A stretch of 64,000 nucleotides of DNA from Candidatus Thorarchaeota archaeon (lineage in GTDB: Archaea; Asgardarchaeota; Thorarchaeia; Thorarchaeales; Thorarchaeaceae). Of this stretch, positions 1 through 10,249 are shown one piece after another. The notes beneath the pieces are model-generated. The model was not told where the DNA came from and made no database searches. It worked only from the letters and a program-made list of their open reading frames with translations. Each line of letters starts with the position of its first letter. Positions within the stretch are counted from its first letter, which is position 1. The position numbers and the translations under genes were made by a program. The stretch is taken from the NCBI GenBank assembly GCA_029855935.1, contig JAGSHN010000018.1:64001-128000 (forward strand). Reading direction: 5' to 3'.

Positions 1-329
1 TCTCCGTACGTGACGGTGGACCCACGCGGAATACCCATAGCGGCCTTGAGAACAGCCCGCTGACGGGGAGTCAGGTCGGAGAAGTCCAATCTCACGCCGG
101 AGAGGTCGATTGGCTGGCCTTGGAATATGGCAAACACATTCTCGAGCACGTTCTCTAGAGCCCTGTCGGATACGACTTCGAGGTCCTCACCTTTGACGGC
201 CGCTATTGCCTCCTCAGGCGACCGTCGCGGTAGACACGTGGCATACAGACCAGCACTCGTGAACACGCCTGCAACGTAGAGATCGTCTCTCGAAACGATG
301 ACCAGTCGCTTCTCAGCCGCCTTGGACAG
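1..329 (-). CDS. ogt: Methylated-DNA-protein-cysteine methyltransferase (MGMT/Ogt), runs off the window edge
   Basis: Manual translation from CTG at 329, downstream of a GGTGAGG SD: ...DFSDLTPRQRAVLKAAMGIPRGSTVTYG matches the Ogt T-x-x-Q-x-x-V...IP-x-G-x-T-x-T-YG segment. The PCHR active site lies outside the window. Confidence 0.8.
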   Translation of the reverse strand, partial: MSKAAEKRLVIVSRDDLYVAGVFTSAGLYATCLPRRSPEEAIAAVKGEDLEVVSDRALENVLENVFAIFQGQPIDLSGVRLDFSDLTPRQRAVLKAAMGIPRGSTVTYG

Positions 330-341
330 CGTACCTCACCC

Positions 342-1214
342 CTATTCGACATATGGGGAGCATCGGGCTACAGCAAGAGCCAGCTGTGCGGACAGGTCGG
401 GATTGCTCTTTGTGGACCCATACAGGCACCAGCCACCATCGTTCCTCTGTGTCCTGACGATGAGCTCGACACCGCGCTTGATGACCTCGCGCTCCGGGTC
501 GGACTCAGGAGGTATAACAGCTATCAGGTCGACCATGTCGTACGTGTAGCCAGCCTCAACTGATCTCTTCAGATGCTGATACAGTGCAGCCCGGCCGTTG
601 CGGTAGACCTCATTGTTCTTGTCGACACCAGCCGCCAATAGGGCGGGGAGAATGTTGCCAGTACCAAGAGGGTCGGACTCCTTCTGGCCTTTGTAGTCAG
701 GCCAGTTGCCGTCCTCGTACTGCGAGTAGAGGAGAAAGTCGCGGGCCTTGCGGATGCGTTCCTGATTCACATATCCAGCACGGCACAGCGCCTCAAGAGC
801 CTTGCCAGTCAGCCAAGTGATGCTCTTTCCCACAGGATACCACTGACGGCCCTCGCCATCACCGAACTTGTCCTCAATAAAGGGATCAAGGTTCAGTGTC
901 TCAGAGAAGCCGCCATCCCTCTTCTGGCGGGACACAAGGAACTGCATCATCCTGCTCGTCAGGTCAGACACGTCCTCGTCCAGCTCGACCAGCTGCATCA
1001 GGACCTCAGCGGTCGTCTTGACGGCACTCGGAGCACCCGGCCGAACGTCAAAGGGTACGCCTCCATTGTCGTTCACAATGGCACGCAGGGTAGAGAGCAT
1101 CTCCTGCAACACTTCGGCAGGGAGTTCGTAGCCCGCCGCAGCAAGTCTGAGTTTGTCAAGCACGTTACCAGTCTTGAGAACAAAACTCTGCACGTCATAC
1201 ACAAGGTTGACCAT
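342..1214 (-). CDS. Prenyltransferase/squalene-oxidase (QW) repeat protein, cytoplasmic
   Basis: Three QW-type repeats (SRQKRDGGF, YSQYEDGNW, RTQRNDGGW). ATG 1214 follows a GAGGGAGG SD; the ORF track extends to 1250. Confidence 0.75.
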   Translation of the reverse strand: MVNLVYDVQSFVLKTGNVLDKLRLAAAGYELPAEVLQEMLSTLRAIVNDNGGVPFDVRPGAPSAVKTTAEVLMQLVELDEDVSDLTSRMMQFLVSRQKRDGGFSETLNLDPFIEDKFGDGEGRQWYPVGKSITWLTGKALEALCRAGYVNQERIRKARDFLLYSQYEDGNWPDYKGQKESDPLGTGNILPALLAAGVDKNNEVYRNGRAALYQHLKRSVEAGYTYDMVDLIAVIPPESDPEREVIKRGVELIVRTQRNDGGWCLYGSTKSNPDLSAQLALAVARCSPYVE

Positions 1215-1349
1215 ACTGTCACTGCCTCCCTCAGAGGTATTCCTAAGCAAGCCTCACGTCTCGCCAACAGAAATAGGTGGCGACTTCCGTCACTCTTGAT
1301 GAAGATACTTAGTGGTCACGTGTATAATAAAGATTGTTCGCGAGGCGAT

Positions 1350-1619
1350 TCAGTCCGTCTCCTCAAGTTCGAGAAACTCCAAGATCTGCTTTCGGCGCTC
1401 TCGCTTCTCGTCCTCTGAGAGGTCCTCCAACCGTTGCTGACTGTCCTCAACGATGACTATCTTCTCGTGCGGCGAGTGTTCTATCCTGAACTCAACGCGA
1501 TAGTCCTCGTCCTTTTGCTTCAGCGGTTTCTCAAAGCCGCACTCTCTGCATCGGAGAACGGTCTTGGTACCCACTTTCTTGGGAAGCATCAACGCCCCAC
1601 ACTTGTCGCAGAACTCCAA
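1350..1619 (-). CDS. TFS/RpoM-like Zn-ribbon protein with the N-terminal ribbon only
   Basis: EFCDKCGALMLP...CRECGF is the TFS/Rpb9 N-ribbon. TTG start after GAGGTGA. No C-terminal ribbon or ADE loop. Confidence 0.7.
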   Translation of the reverse strand: MEFCDKCGALMLPKKVGTKTVLRCRECGFEKPLKQKDEDYRVEFRIEHSPHEKIVIVEDSQQRLEDLSEDEKRERRKQILEFLELEETD

Positions 1620-1812
1620 GATCTCACCTCGACAGTGCACTGATTATGGCCTCTCGGCTCGTGCCGCATCCTGATTTAAGTTTGACGTTGCCACACTCAA
1701 CGGACATCCGATGAGGCGCAAGGAAAGACTCATATCGATGTTGACAGGCACGGCGCGGTGTCAGCAGAAGGCAGGCAGTGCCTCTTGGCATAGCGACTGG
1801 AGGAAATACAGA

Positions 1813-3147
1813 ATGGTGCGGGTCGTTCCGTTCAGGGCCTATCGATATAACACAGAAAAGGCGGGTGACCTGTCGAAACTGGTCTCGCCGCCGTACGACA
1901 TCATCAAGGGCGAGAAGGTAGACAGGCTACAGTCCATGTCGCCCTACAACATTGCATGGATCATCCGGAATAAACCCCAAGACGGTGATGACGAGACGAA
2001 CAACCAGTACACGAGGGCGAGGGACCTTCTCAAGAAGTGGATTGAGGAAGGAATCCTAGTCCAAGATGACAGGGAGAGCTTCTATGTCTATGGACAGGAC
2101 TTCGAGGTCAATGGGAGGAGGCGCTTCAGGTTCGGATTCATCGGGTTGATTCGACTCGAAGAGTTTGCAAAGGAGACCCCCAAGGACAGAAAGTTCACCG
2201 GGGTGCTACAACACGAGGAGACTCTCCCGAAGGACATCGAGGACCGGCTCAACCTCTGCAGGGCTACGATGGCCCAGTTCGGTCAGATCTTCGTGATCTA
2301 CCCCGACCACGAGGGAGAGGTCGATTCGATCCTGAAGGAGGCAATGAACGAGAAGCCGATTGCAGATGTCACCGACTACGAGGGAGTCCGACATCGCATT
2401 TGGAGAATCAGCGATGAGGAGAAGACAAGAAGAATCTCCCAACTGATGGAGGACAAGTACGTCATCATCGCCGATGGCCATCACCGCTACAAGACGGCAT
2501 TGGCCCTGGCACGAGAGCATCCGAAGCTTGAGAGTGCGAAGTACAGGATGATGACCTTTGTCAACATGGCCAATCCGGGACTTGTCATCCTGCCGACGCA
2601 CAGGCTGGTCCAGAATCTTGAGGACTTCTCTGTGGAGCGCCTCTTCGAGGGCATAGGGGAGTACTTCGACATCAAGAGCTTTGACAACAAGGATGATATG
2701 TTCCGCCTGATGGAGGAGAAGTTCAGGAGAGGCGAACACGCCTTCGGGCTCTTCGTCAACGACGGAAAGTTCTACACTCTGGTTCTCCGGGACGAGTCCG
2801 TGATGGATGAGGTGCTGCCTGATAAGTCGCGGGAACTGAGAAGGCTGGACGTGTCAATCCTCCACAGTCTGATTCTAGACAGGGTGCTGGGAATCGACAA
2901 GGAGAAACTTGCCCAAGGCTCGATGAGCGGCCGTGGCGGATACGTGGTCTACATCAAGGGCATCGGCAACGCTGTTGATGAGGCGATTGCGGCCGTCAGG
3001 TCAGGTGCGCAGGCTGTCTTCTTCATGAATCCGACGAGAGTGGAGGAGGTCGAGGCGGTCTCAAAGAACTTCGAGGTGATGCCTCAAAAGAGCACGTTCT
3101 TCCAGCCCAAGGTCTGGACTGGATTCACGATAAACAAGCTGAGATGA
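1813..3147 (+). CDS. DUF1015 family protein
   Basis: SPPYD, HEET, IADGHHR and MPQKSTFFQPK motifs; coupled to serC, a known association for this family. Confidence 0.9.
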   Translation: MVRVVPFRAYRYNTEKAGDLSKLVSPPYDIIKGEKVDRLQSMSPYNIAWIIRNKPQDGDDETNNQYTRARDLLKKWIEEGILVQDDRESFYVYGQDFEVNGRRRFRFGFIGLIRLEEFAKETPKDRKFTGVLQHEETLPKDIEDRLNLCRATMAQFGQIFVIYPDHEGEVDSILKEAMNEKPIADVTDYEGVRHRIWRISDEEKTRRISQLMEDKYVIIADGHHRYKTALALAREHPKLESAKYRMMTFVNMANPGLVILPTHRLVQNLEDFSVERLFEGIGEYFDIKSFDNKDDMFRLMEEKFRRGEHAFGLFVNDGKFYTLVLRDESVMDEVLPDKSRELRRLDVSILHSLILDRVLGIDKEKLAQGSMSGRGGYVVYIKGIGNAVDEAIAAVRSGAQAVFFMNPTRVEEVEAVSKNFEVMPQKSTFFQPKVWTGFTINKLR

Positions 3148-4259
3148 TCGAGCGAATAGAGAAGGTGACAGGTATGGTACACAGGGTATACAACTTCTAT
3201 CCGGGGCCTGCAACGCTGCCGTTGCCTGCCTTGGAGAGGGCACAGAAGGAGCTGCTGGACTACGCAGGAACGGGGATGAGTGTCCTTGAGATCTCCCACA
3301 GGTCCAAGGAATACGACCAGCTCCATCACGAGGCGATGAACCTTGTCCGTGAGCTGATGGGACTGTCTGATGACTTCAAGGTCCTGTTTCTGCAGGGTGG
3401 TGCATCCACACAGTTCTACATGGTGCCGCTGAACCTCCACGTCGAGGGGAAGCCGATGGAATACGTCAATACTGGACGCTGGTCGACCAAAGCAATAAAG
3501 GAGGCCAGGCTGTTTGGTGAGGTCAGGGTGGTGGCCTCCTCCGAGGAGGAGAAGTTCACCTATGTTCCCGAGGAGGTGCAGTTCAGCGACGGTGCTGCCT
3601 ATGCACACATAACGACCAACAACACTCTGTACGGGACCCAGTGGCACTCGATACCAAAGGTCGCGAATGATGTGCCACTTGTTGCGGACATGAGCTCGGA
3701 CATTCTATCAAGGCAGATGGACTTCAAGAGATTCAGCGTGATCTATGCGGGCGCCCAGAAGAATCTCGGGCCAGCTGGAGTCACATTGGTGATTGTGCGG
3801 GAGGACCTTCTGGATAGGGTACCGGAGAACACGCCGACGATGCAGAAGTGGAAGACCCACGCTGAGAAAGACTCCCTGTTCAACACCCCGCCCACGTTCT
3901 CCATCTACATAATGAAGCTCTGTTTGGAGTACCTAAAGGAACACGGCGGAGTGTCCGCTCAGGAGAAGCTCAATCGTGAGAAGGCCAAGATTCTGTACGA
4001 CATAATAGACTCATCAGACGGCTTCTACAGGGGTCACGCCAAGAAGGAGTCCCGCTCAATAATGAACGTGACATTCCGGCTTCCGACAGAGGAGCTCGAG
4101 GCTATGTGTGTGGAGGAGGGCGCCAAGCGGGGGCTCATCGGTATCAAGGGTCACCGCTCTGTCGGTGGAATGCGGGCCTCCATCTACAATGCGATGACAC
4201 TTGAGGGCGTAGAGAAACTGGCCCAGTTCCTCAGGGAGTTCAGAGAGCAGCATCAGTGA
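3144..4259 (+). CDS. serC: Phosphoserine aminotransferase
   Basis: YNFYPGPA, SHRS, DMSSD, GAQKNLGPAG, NTPPTF, GHRSVGGMRASIYNA. Alternative start at ATG 3174. Confidence 0.97.
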   Translation: MIERIEKVTGMVHRVYNFYPGPATLPLPALERAQKELLDYAGTGMSVLEISHRSKEYDQLHHEAMNLVRELMGLSDDFKVLFLQGGASTQFYMVPLNLHVEGKPMEYVNTGRWSTKAIKEARLFGEVRVVASSEEEKFTYVPEEVQFSDGAAYAHITTNNTLYGTQWHSIPKVANDVPLVADMSSDILSRQMDFKRFSVIYAGAQKNLGPAGVTLVIVREDLLDRVPENTPTMQKWKTHAEKDSLFNTPPTFSIYIMKLCLEYLKEHGGVSAQEKLNREKAKILYDIIDSSDGFYRGHAKKESRSIMNVTFRLPTEELEAMCVEEGAKRGLIGIKGHRSVGGMRASIYNAMTLEGVEKLAQFLREFREQHQ

Positions 4260-4296
4260 GAGAGAATATCTAATCGGGATGGTCGGGTATGTCCCA

Positions 4297-4668
4297 TCAT
4301 ACCCGTGCCCTCCCTCGGTCTACTTGCCTACCAGATACCGAGTCGGCAACGGCTGAATAGAGGGCCCTGACATCAGAGGGTCGTAGCAGGCCCTCGTATG
4401 TCCGCGACATCTGATAACGGCTGACACGTACCTCAAGCCGTCGCATACCTCTGCTGCTGAAGAAGTCCCTTATTGCTCCGACCACAGGGATGAGTTCTCC
4501 TCTCGGTAGGCGCCCCTGCAGTAGTTCCCTGCAGGCCGAACAGTCAACGAGAACCCGGGTGGAACCATCATCTGTGAGCACCTCGACCTTCAGCACTCTG
4601 TTCGGGCCGAAGAGTCTCGCTTTGAGGCCTCGGTCGAGAGGAATCGTAAAGGTTCCCAGACTATGCAT
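4297..4668 (-). CDS. Hypothetical protein (single CxxC)
   Basis: 123-aa ORF that fills the intergenic space; no family recognised. Confidence 0.6.
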   Translation of the reverse strand: MHSLGTFTIPLDRGLKARLFGPNRVLKVEVLTDDGSTRVLVDCSACRELLQGRLPRGELIPVVGAIRDFFSSRGMRRLEVRVSRYQMSRTYEGLLRPSDVRALYSAVADSVSGRQVDRGRARV

Positions 4669-4797
4669 CTGATTTCAGAACTCCAAACGTGTGACCTGGA
4701 GGGGGAGGGTATCTGCGGCCGTATTAAGTGATTGCGGGGTGGTGGCAGCGGGGTCGGTGCCGCCGACCCCACGCCGAAACCGGGTCCTGTCTCGGCA

Positions 4798-7700
4798 CTA
4801 GCTGCCACGACGACGCGAGTAGACCACACAGACAATGATGAGTGCAATGATTGCCCCGAATATCAGCGCCAAAAGCATCGGGTCCGGCTCGGTCGGTAGC
4901 GTTGGCGTCGTCGATGTCGTTGTTGTGGTTGAAGTTGTGGATGTGGTTCCAGTTGTCGTTGTGGTAGTGGTGGTCGTCGTAGTAGTGGTAGTTGTCGTGC
5001 TCTCTTGGACCGTGTAGGTGAACTCGCTACTCTGGCCGACATTGCCCTGACTGTCCCAGGCAATGATGTAGTAGCGCACAGTAGTCCCAGACGGGAGCGC
5101 AGGAATGGTGGCCTGATACAGACCTCCCACCAGTTGCATCGTCACGTTGGTCCAAGCAGTCCCGTTGAAATACGAGAGTGTCACCATATCGACTCCTGTG
5201 TCGTCGGTGATGTTCGCATAGATTGTGACGGACTGGGTGTCATCAGGGGTCAACGGATCCTGTGATATGTCCACGAAGACTGGAGGGTTGCTCTCTGACA
5301 CCACCGTTGTGTATTGGAATGTGGCGGAGGTATTGGTATTGCCCGCAGTATCGTTAGCAACGAAGTAGTAGTACACCGTGGTACCCTCCGGCTGACCGGG
5401 TATGACACCGCTGAAGGTCTGACCCGTTCCGCTCATCACTGCGGCATTCCAGACTCCTGCAGTCGCAGACCAGTTCAACAACACCGTGTCCACGCCCGAT
5501 GCTCTCGATGGCTCAACAACATCCACGCTGACAAGGACATCGCGGCCCGCACCCGGCTGGCTGGCGTTCCGCCAGAAGTTCCCGAGCCACGGCTCGATGC
5601 TGTCACCCACCGCAAAGCTCGACACGGCGGTCTCGTTCGTGTTGCCCTCGGTGTCGTTTGCCTTGATTGTGTAGTAGACAGTATCACCATAAGAGAACGG
5701 GCCGATTGAACCAGTGTAGTTGCCAGATCCCTGAAGGGTGAGCGCGACCTCCGAAGGAGATGTCCACGAGCCTATGTCGTATCGCACAAAGACGCCTGCA
5801 ATAGTGCCGTCGTCTGTGACATTGACCTCGAATGTGACCGTGTCGTCGTACTCCACGTCAACGGGTTGTCGAGACACCGAGTGTATCTGGGGAGCCAAGC
5901 CCACTACCTGTTGCACAGCAGCTAAGACGTTCAACTTGCCATAGCCCCACGTTGGGTTGGGAACGGTCCCCGTGAAGGCATCAGTCCTTGCTGACCCCTT
6001 GATCATGTTTCCGACCTGACTGCCAATCGAGGAGTCCGCCTGTAGCATAAGCGCTGCACACCCTGCCACATGCGGCCCTGACGCTGATGTCCCACTGAAC
6101 AGTCTGTGGCCCCCAAATCTCGCGCTGAACGGGAGACCCCCATTGGCATTGAACCAACCTTGCCAAGTGGAGGCGTTCGAGTAGTCAGAGATGATGTCCC
6201 AACCTCCGGGTGCGGCAACACCCTGCTTCAGCACCTCGTCAATGCGGGGTCCCCTGGACGAGAAACTGGCAATGTCGCCCAGCACATCGGGCGTGGAGCC
6301 CTGAAGCAGCGTGCGCGTGCGATAGCTTGCAATGCTGACCGCGCTGTCTGCCGTTGACGGCCAAGTTATCTCGTAGCTGTTGTTCACCGAACTCTTCCAG
6401 ACGCATCCGCCAGTCCACGAGGACTGGTCATCGGAAATGTAGCAATGGAAGGTAGTCGTCGCAGGAGCAGTGATGTTGAGCTGATGCCACGGTTGTGGAG
6501 GAGTCGTCGGGAGAGTACCGTGAATCCAGATCGCAAGCATCCGGGTGTTGCGGGACGAGGTGGATATGAAGGACTCGACTGTGAAGGAGTTGCCACCCGC
6601 GCTAACTGGTGGCTCGGCGCTCCAGTTCCAGTAGCCCACGCCTGGATGAAGGTAGACCGGAACGACTGGACCGCCCCACACGGCCAGGTTCATTATCAGG
6701 CTGAAGTTGCACGCAGCGAAACTTGTCTCATTGACAGACAGGACCGTGATGTAGACGTTTTCAATCGGATAGTCCACATAAGTACCATTAGGCTGTGGTA
6801 TTGTGAAATCGACGTACGTGGGGCTGTTGGGCTGCGCTGTTGTCAGAGCATGTTTGTCCTTTCCGCCAAGGTTGCCTGCAGGCGATAGCACGGGTATTCC
6901 GTCCGAGACAATTGTGTTGATCAGCGTCTCGGCGCTGGACGAACCGTCGAGATAGTGGTATGTCCACGAACCGAGTTCCGTGAGAATCACGTCTGCCCCG
7001 TGATTGTATGCCCAAGTCAGGCCCTCGTCTACAGATAGGCGAGTGTTCGATGCCCCCAGTACCCTTATCATCATCAGCTCCGCATCCGGGGCAACACCAA
7101 CGTACTTCCTGAAACCTAGCTGCCCACCGAGCAATATCCCGGAAACGGCCGTTCCGTGTCCGTCGGTGTCGTAGTGGGTGCTTGAGGTGAGGTTCACGCC
7201 TCGTTCCCATACCTGTATCTCGGGCGTGGCGCTACCATCCTTCTCCACAATGTAGCGAGTCTTGGGTGTGGTGAGCATCACAAGGGGCTCGCCCGGATCA
7301 AGATGGTCGTTACCATTCGTATCGTTGACAACAAAGAACGGCTCACCGAGGTCGGGAATCCCATTCTGTGTGATGTTGTCGACCCAGAGCCAGTCAGTGG
7401 TAGTGTTGTATGTGCCATCACTATCTATGTCGATGACGTACAACATCTCGTTTGCATCGGCAATGGTGTCCCCGTCAAGGTCGACGGCATCGGTGCCATT
7501 GTCGGGGACCAGGTTGCCGCCAACGTCAATCCACTGGTACTCTGTCTTGCCAGGAAACCAGAGGTCAGGATGGCGCCAGTCGACTCCGCTGTCGAGATCA
7601 GCAATAAGGATTCCCTTGCCAGTGAGATTCCTGTCGAGGGAGTCCAGCATCTTCCACGCATCATCGGCATTGATCTCGGGAATCGACACGTCACGCGTGG

Positions 7701-8085
7701 GCACGCTCTCCGGTAGTGTCTGGACATCCATCGAACGCACGATGCCCGTGTCAAGCAACGCCTGAAGGTCGGCCGCACTTCCTCTCAGGAGGTAGTACTC
7801 CTGTACGTGACTCATCTCGGGACTGCCGAGGCTGAAACGGACACCACAAGACCGGATGACCTCTGCGGTCTCCGGAGTGACTTCGTACCGAAACGTCACT
7901 ACAACTGGAATGTCATCACCAAAACTCTCTGCCAGTGCCCGGAGGTCGATGCCAGTCGGTCCCTCAAGAGAGCGTGTCGTAGAGTCACTAGAGGGCTCAG
8001 TCTGAGCAGCGGGACCCTGCGGAAGAACTATGGGCACAAGGAGGAGTACGGTCAGCAGCGACAGTAACAACAACCTTACTCTCAT
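4798..8085 (-). CDS. S8 (subtilisin) family serine protease, secreted and C-terminally anchored
   Basis: Signal peptide; triad motifs ADLDSG, DGHGTAVSG and FSGTSASGPHVAG; large inserts; three Ig/Fn3-like repeats; Thr-rich linker; TM helix followed by RRR. Confidence 0.93.
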   Translation of the reverse strand: MRVRLLLLSLLTVLLLVPIVLPQGPAAQTEPSSDSTTRSLEGPTGIDLRALAESFGDDIPVVVTFRYEVTPETAEVIRSCGVRFSLGSPEMSHVQEYYLLRGSAADLQALLDTGIVRSMDVQTLPESVPTRDVSIPEINADDAWKMLDSLDRNLTGKGILIADLDSGVDWRHPDLWFPGKTEYQWIDVGGNLVPDNGTDAVDLDGDTIADANEMLYVIDIDSDGTYNTTTDWLWVDNITQNGIPDLGEPFFVVNDTNGNDHLDPGEPLVMLTTPKTRYIVEKDGSATPEIQVWERGVNLTSSTHYDTDGHGTAVSGILLGGQLGFRKYVGVAPDAELMMIRVLGASNTRLSVDEGLTWAYNHGADVILTELGSWTYHYLDGSSSAETLINTIVSDGIPVLSPAGNLGGKDKHALTTAQPNSPTYVDFTIPQPNGTYVDYPIENVYITVLSVNETSFAACNFSLIMNLAVWGGPVVPVYLHPGVGYWNWSAEPPVSAGGNSFTVESFISTSSRNTRMLAIWIHGTLPTTPPQPWHQLNITAPATTTFHCYISDDQSSWTGGCVWKSSVNNSYEITWPSTADSAVSIASYRTRTLLQGSTPDVLGDIASFSSRGPRIDEVLKQGVAAPGGWDIISDYSNASTWQGWFNANGGLPFSARFGGHRLFSGTSASGPHVAGCAALMLQADSSIGSQVGNMIKGSARTDAFTGTVPNPTWGYGKLNVLAAVQQVVGLAPQIHSVSRQPVDVEYDDTVTFEVNVTDDGTIAGVFVRYDIGSWTSPSEVALTLQGSGNYTGSIGPFSYGDTVYYTIKANDTEGNTNETAVSSFAVGDSIEPWLGNFWRNASQPGAGRDVLVSVDVVEPSRASGVDTVLLNWSATAGVWNAAVMSGTGQTFSGVIPGQPEGTTVYYYFVANDTAGNTNTSATFQYTTVVSESNPPVFVDISQDPLTPDDTQSVTIYANITDDTGVDMVTLSYFNGTAWTNVTMQLVGGLYQATIPALPSGTTVRYYIIAWDSQGNVGQSSEFTYTVQESTTTTTTTTTTTTTTTTGTTSTTSTTTTTSTTPTLPTEPDPMLLALIFGAIIALIIVCVVYSRRRGS
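4905..5000 (-). repeat. Poly-Thr linker coding repeat (ACN)n
   Basis: Degenerate GTC/GTT/GTG/GTA run on the + strand encoding STTTTT...TTSTT. Confidence 0.9.
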
Positions 8086-8167
8086 CTCTTACATCTCCTC
8101 TCTTGTACACCAGAAAATATGATGGCGCACAGTCAGTGATTGTCAAACCATACCCGCTTGCTGTACT

Positions 8168-9565
8168 TCAAGTTTTGCCCGCTATATCATCCTGTTCCGC
8201 AAGAGGATTCTCCAGGTCTTCTGGAACACCGCCGAGGTCGTCCAAGTCGAGCACCTTGTAGAAGCCTGGGGCCTCATCATCACGGGACAGCCTCTGGCCC
8301 TCGTAGAGCGACGTACCACCTGCAATGAGGTATGCTATGCATACACTGATGACAAGAGGAATCAGCAGGTCAAACGTCTGGCTTATCTCCAGCAGGAGGA
8401 CAGTGGACGCAACAGGCGTGTTGGTATTCGCCGCCAGAACAGCACCCATACCGAGAACGGCGAAGGCTGTGATGTACTGCGGACAGAAGATCTCTCCGAA
8501 CACGGTGCCGAGCATCGCACCCACAAACAGCGAGGATGCAAGGACTCCACCAGACACTCGGCCTGCGACGGTAAATGATGAGGCGAACATCTTTCCAATC
8601 AGCAGTGCCACTATGACGCTCGTGGGAATTGTGTGTGTTGACACGAAGGTGATCACGTCAAAGCCCAGACCTGCAATTGAGAGACTCGGGTCCAAGAACC
8701 ACCATGCGAAGAAGAGGACGACGCAGGCGAAGACCGACCCGGCGATGGGATCCGCCCAGTCGGGCAGCTCCATTCTAAAGAAGTTACGGGTCTGCATCAA
8801 CACGACCGCGAATATCGTGGCTGTCACACCAGCAACAACACCCAGCAGTACGACCTGCGGGACGAGCGCCAGTGTGAAGACCATTGACGCCTCAAAGTCA
8901 AAGAGCGGTTCCACACCCAGTATCACGCCAGCGACGAGATATGACACGATTGAGGCAAGCACCATCGGTACGAAGAACCCGAGACGCGCATCACGTTTGT
9001 AGGGCGCCTCTGCCGCAAATAGGGTACCGCCAAGTGGTGCCTTGTAGATTGCAGCGGTACAGGCGGCCGCCCCAATCATCATGAAGACCCGCCGATGAGA
9101 GGGGTCGGTATGACCAGCACGTTGTGCTATCTCATTTCCAATAGCCACACCAATGAGCACTGCAGGCCCCTCCTGCCCGACGGGGTTGCCGGAGCCAATC
9201 GACACGGATGTGGCCACCATCTTGGTCAGTGCAGTGCGCGTCTTCAGCTCGGACGGGGCGTGTGTCAGCTCAATGGCCTTCGATATCCCGCTGCCCTCCA
9301 CCTCACGGGCGCCCACATAGATGAACAACCCGGAGAAGGCCCCACCAATGAGAGGCGCCAAGAAGACAGGAATCCAAGAGAGTGCCACAGTGAGAAGGTC
9401 AATCATCATCCGAAACAGGACCATGGACAGTCCGCATACGACCCCGATCACTATGGCGAAGGGGACATAGACCCTGTAGAAGTGAACAAAGAACGAGAAG
9501 TTGAAGATCTCACTGAGGGGGCGTACAGGCTGTGAGTCCTTGGGCGATTGAGAGAGCAGACCCAT
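8168..9565 (-). CDS. ClC family chloride channel/antiporter
   Basis: GSGIS, GQEGP, APLGGTLFAAE, GGVLASSLFVGA, SLYE; no CBS domains. Confidence 0.92.
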   Translation of the reverse strand: MGLLSQSPKDSQPVRPLSEIFNFSFFVHFYRVYVPFAIVIGVVCGLSMVLFRMMIDLLTVALSWIPVFLAPLIGGAFSGLFIYVGAREVEGSGISKAIELTHAPSELKTRTALTKMVATSVSIGSGNPVGQEGPAVLIGVAIGNEIAQRAGHTDPSHRRVFMMIGAAACTAAIYKAPLGGTLFAAEAPYKRDARLGFFVPMVLASIVSYLVAGVILGVEPLFDFEASMVFTLALVPQVVLLGVVAGVTATIFAVVLMQTRNFFRMELPDWADPIAGSVFACVVLFFAWWFLDPSLSIAGLGFDVITFVSTHTIPTSVIVALLIGKMFASSFTVAGRVSGGVLASSLFVGAMLGTVFGEIFCPQYITAFAVLGMGAVLAANTNTPVASTVLLLEISQTFDLLIPLVISVCIAYLIAGGTSLYEGQRLSRDDEAPGFYKVLDLDDLGGVPEDLENPLAEQDDIAGKT

Positions 9566-9665
9566 AGTCCTCTGTCTAGCAATCTCTTTTATCAGTCATA
9601 CGGGCTCAGATGTGTAGCAGACCTAAGTGTGGTCCTGATCACTCAAGGGAGAGTGCTGACAGCAA

Positions 9666-10145
9666 TTGGAGCACGATCAACACGAGGCCTCAGAGGAGGG
9701 AGATACCCCAGACAGACAACTCTCCCTTGAGGAGGTCCAAGAGAGGCTCGATGACATATCAAGAAGGCTCGAGCATGTCGAGCAACTCATTGAACGCGTT
9801 GCTCCGCATCTTGAGGAGGTGAGCGAGTCAGCCCGCGTGATTCGCGAGGCATTCACGTTCTACGATGGCGTGGTGAAACTGATGAGCCGTTTCACACGGC
9901 TGGAACGGCTCGCACAGCGGTACTCAGACGTGCGAAGAGACCCAATAGGATGGACCATCGTTCAAGTCCTCGACCGGTCGTCGCCATTGAATATCAGCCA
10001 GATAACAGCGGCAGTCAGGGCAGAGCGCGGCAGCGCTTCGCGCAGGATCATTCGGGAGAGGGTTCAGCACCTGCTCGACAGAGGCGTCCTCAGAGTTGTA
10101 GATACGGATGACGAGCGCGCCCGCTACTTTGAGCTCAGCGAGTAG
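9666..10145 (+). CDS. Coiled-coil + winged-helix transcriptional regulator
   Basis: N-terminal heptads, then PLNISQIT...SASRRIIRERVQHLLDRGVL wHTH-like region. Confidence 0.7.
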   Translation: MEHDQHEASEEGDTPDRQLSLEEVQERLDDISRRLEHVEQLIERVAPHLEEVSESARVIREAFTFYDGVVKLMSRFTRLERLAQRYSDVRRDPIGWTIVQVLDRSSPLNISQITAAVRAERGSASRRIIRERVQHLLDRGVLRVVDTDDERARYFELSE

Positions 10146-10161
10146 GAGACATATGGCTCCA

Positions 10162-10230
10162 GTGCTCACCATGTGAGCACATCTCTGGTCACCTCTGCCC
10201 ACAAATAGCATATCGTGTGACCACACGATA
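10162..10230. promoter_or_regulatory. Two palindromic operator-like sites sharing TGTGA(G/C)CACA
   Basis: GTGCTCAC-cat-GTGAGCAC (10162-10180) and TATCGTGTG-ac-CACACGATA (10211-10230) flank an AT-rich element just upstream of ATG 10250. Confidence 0.55.
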
Positions 10231-10249
10231 GTGTCGTCGGTGACAAACA

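Noticed and set aside
4750-4770. GC-rich hairpin GGGGTCGG...CCGACCCC as a tRNA or ncRNA
   Set aside because: A single hairpin 3' of the protease gene with no cloverleaf; at most a terminator or stability element.
4905-5000. Low-complexity GTN repeat and the poly-Val + strand ORF
   Set aside because: An ordinary Thr-rich linker of an archaeal surface protein.
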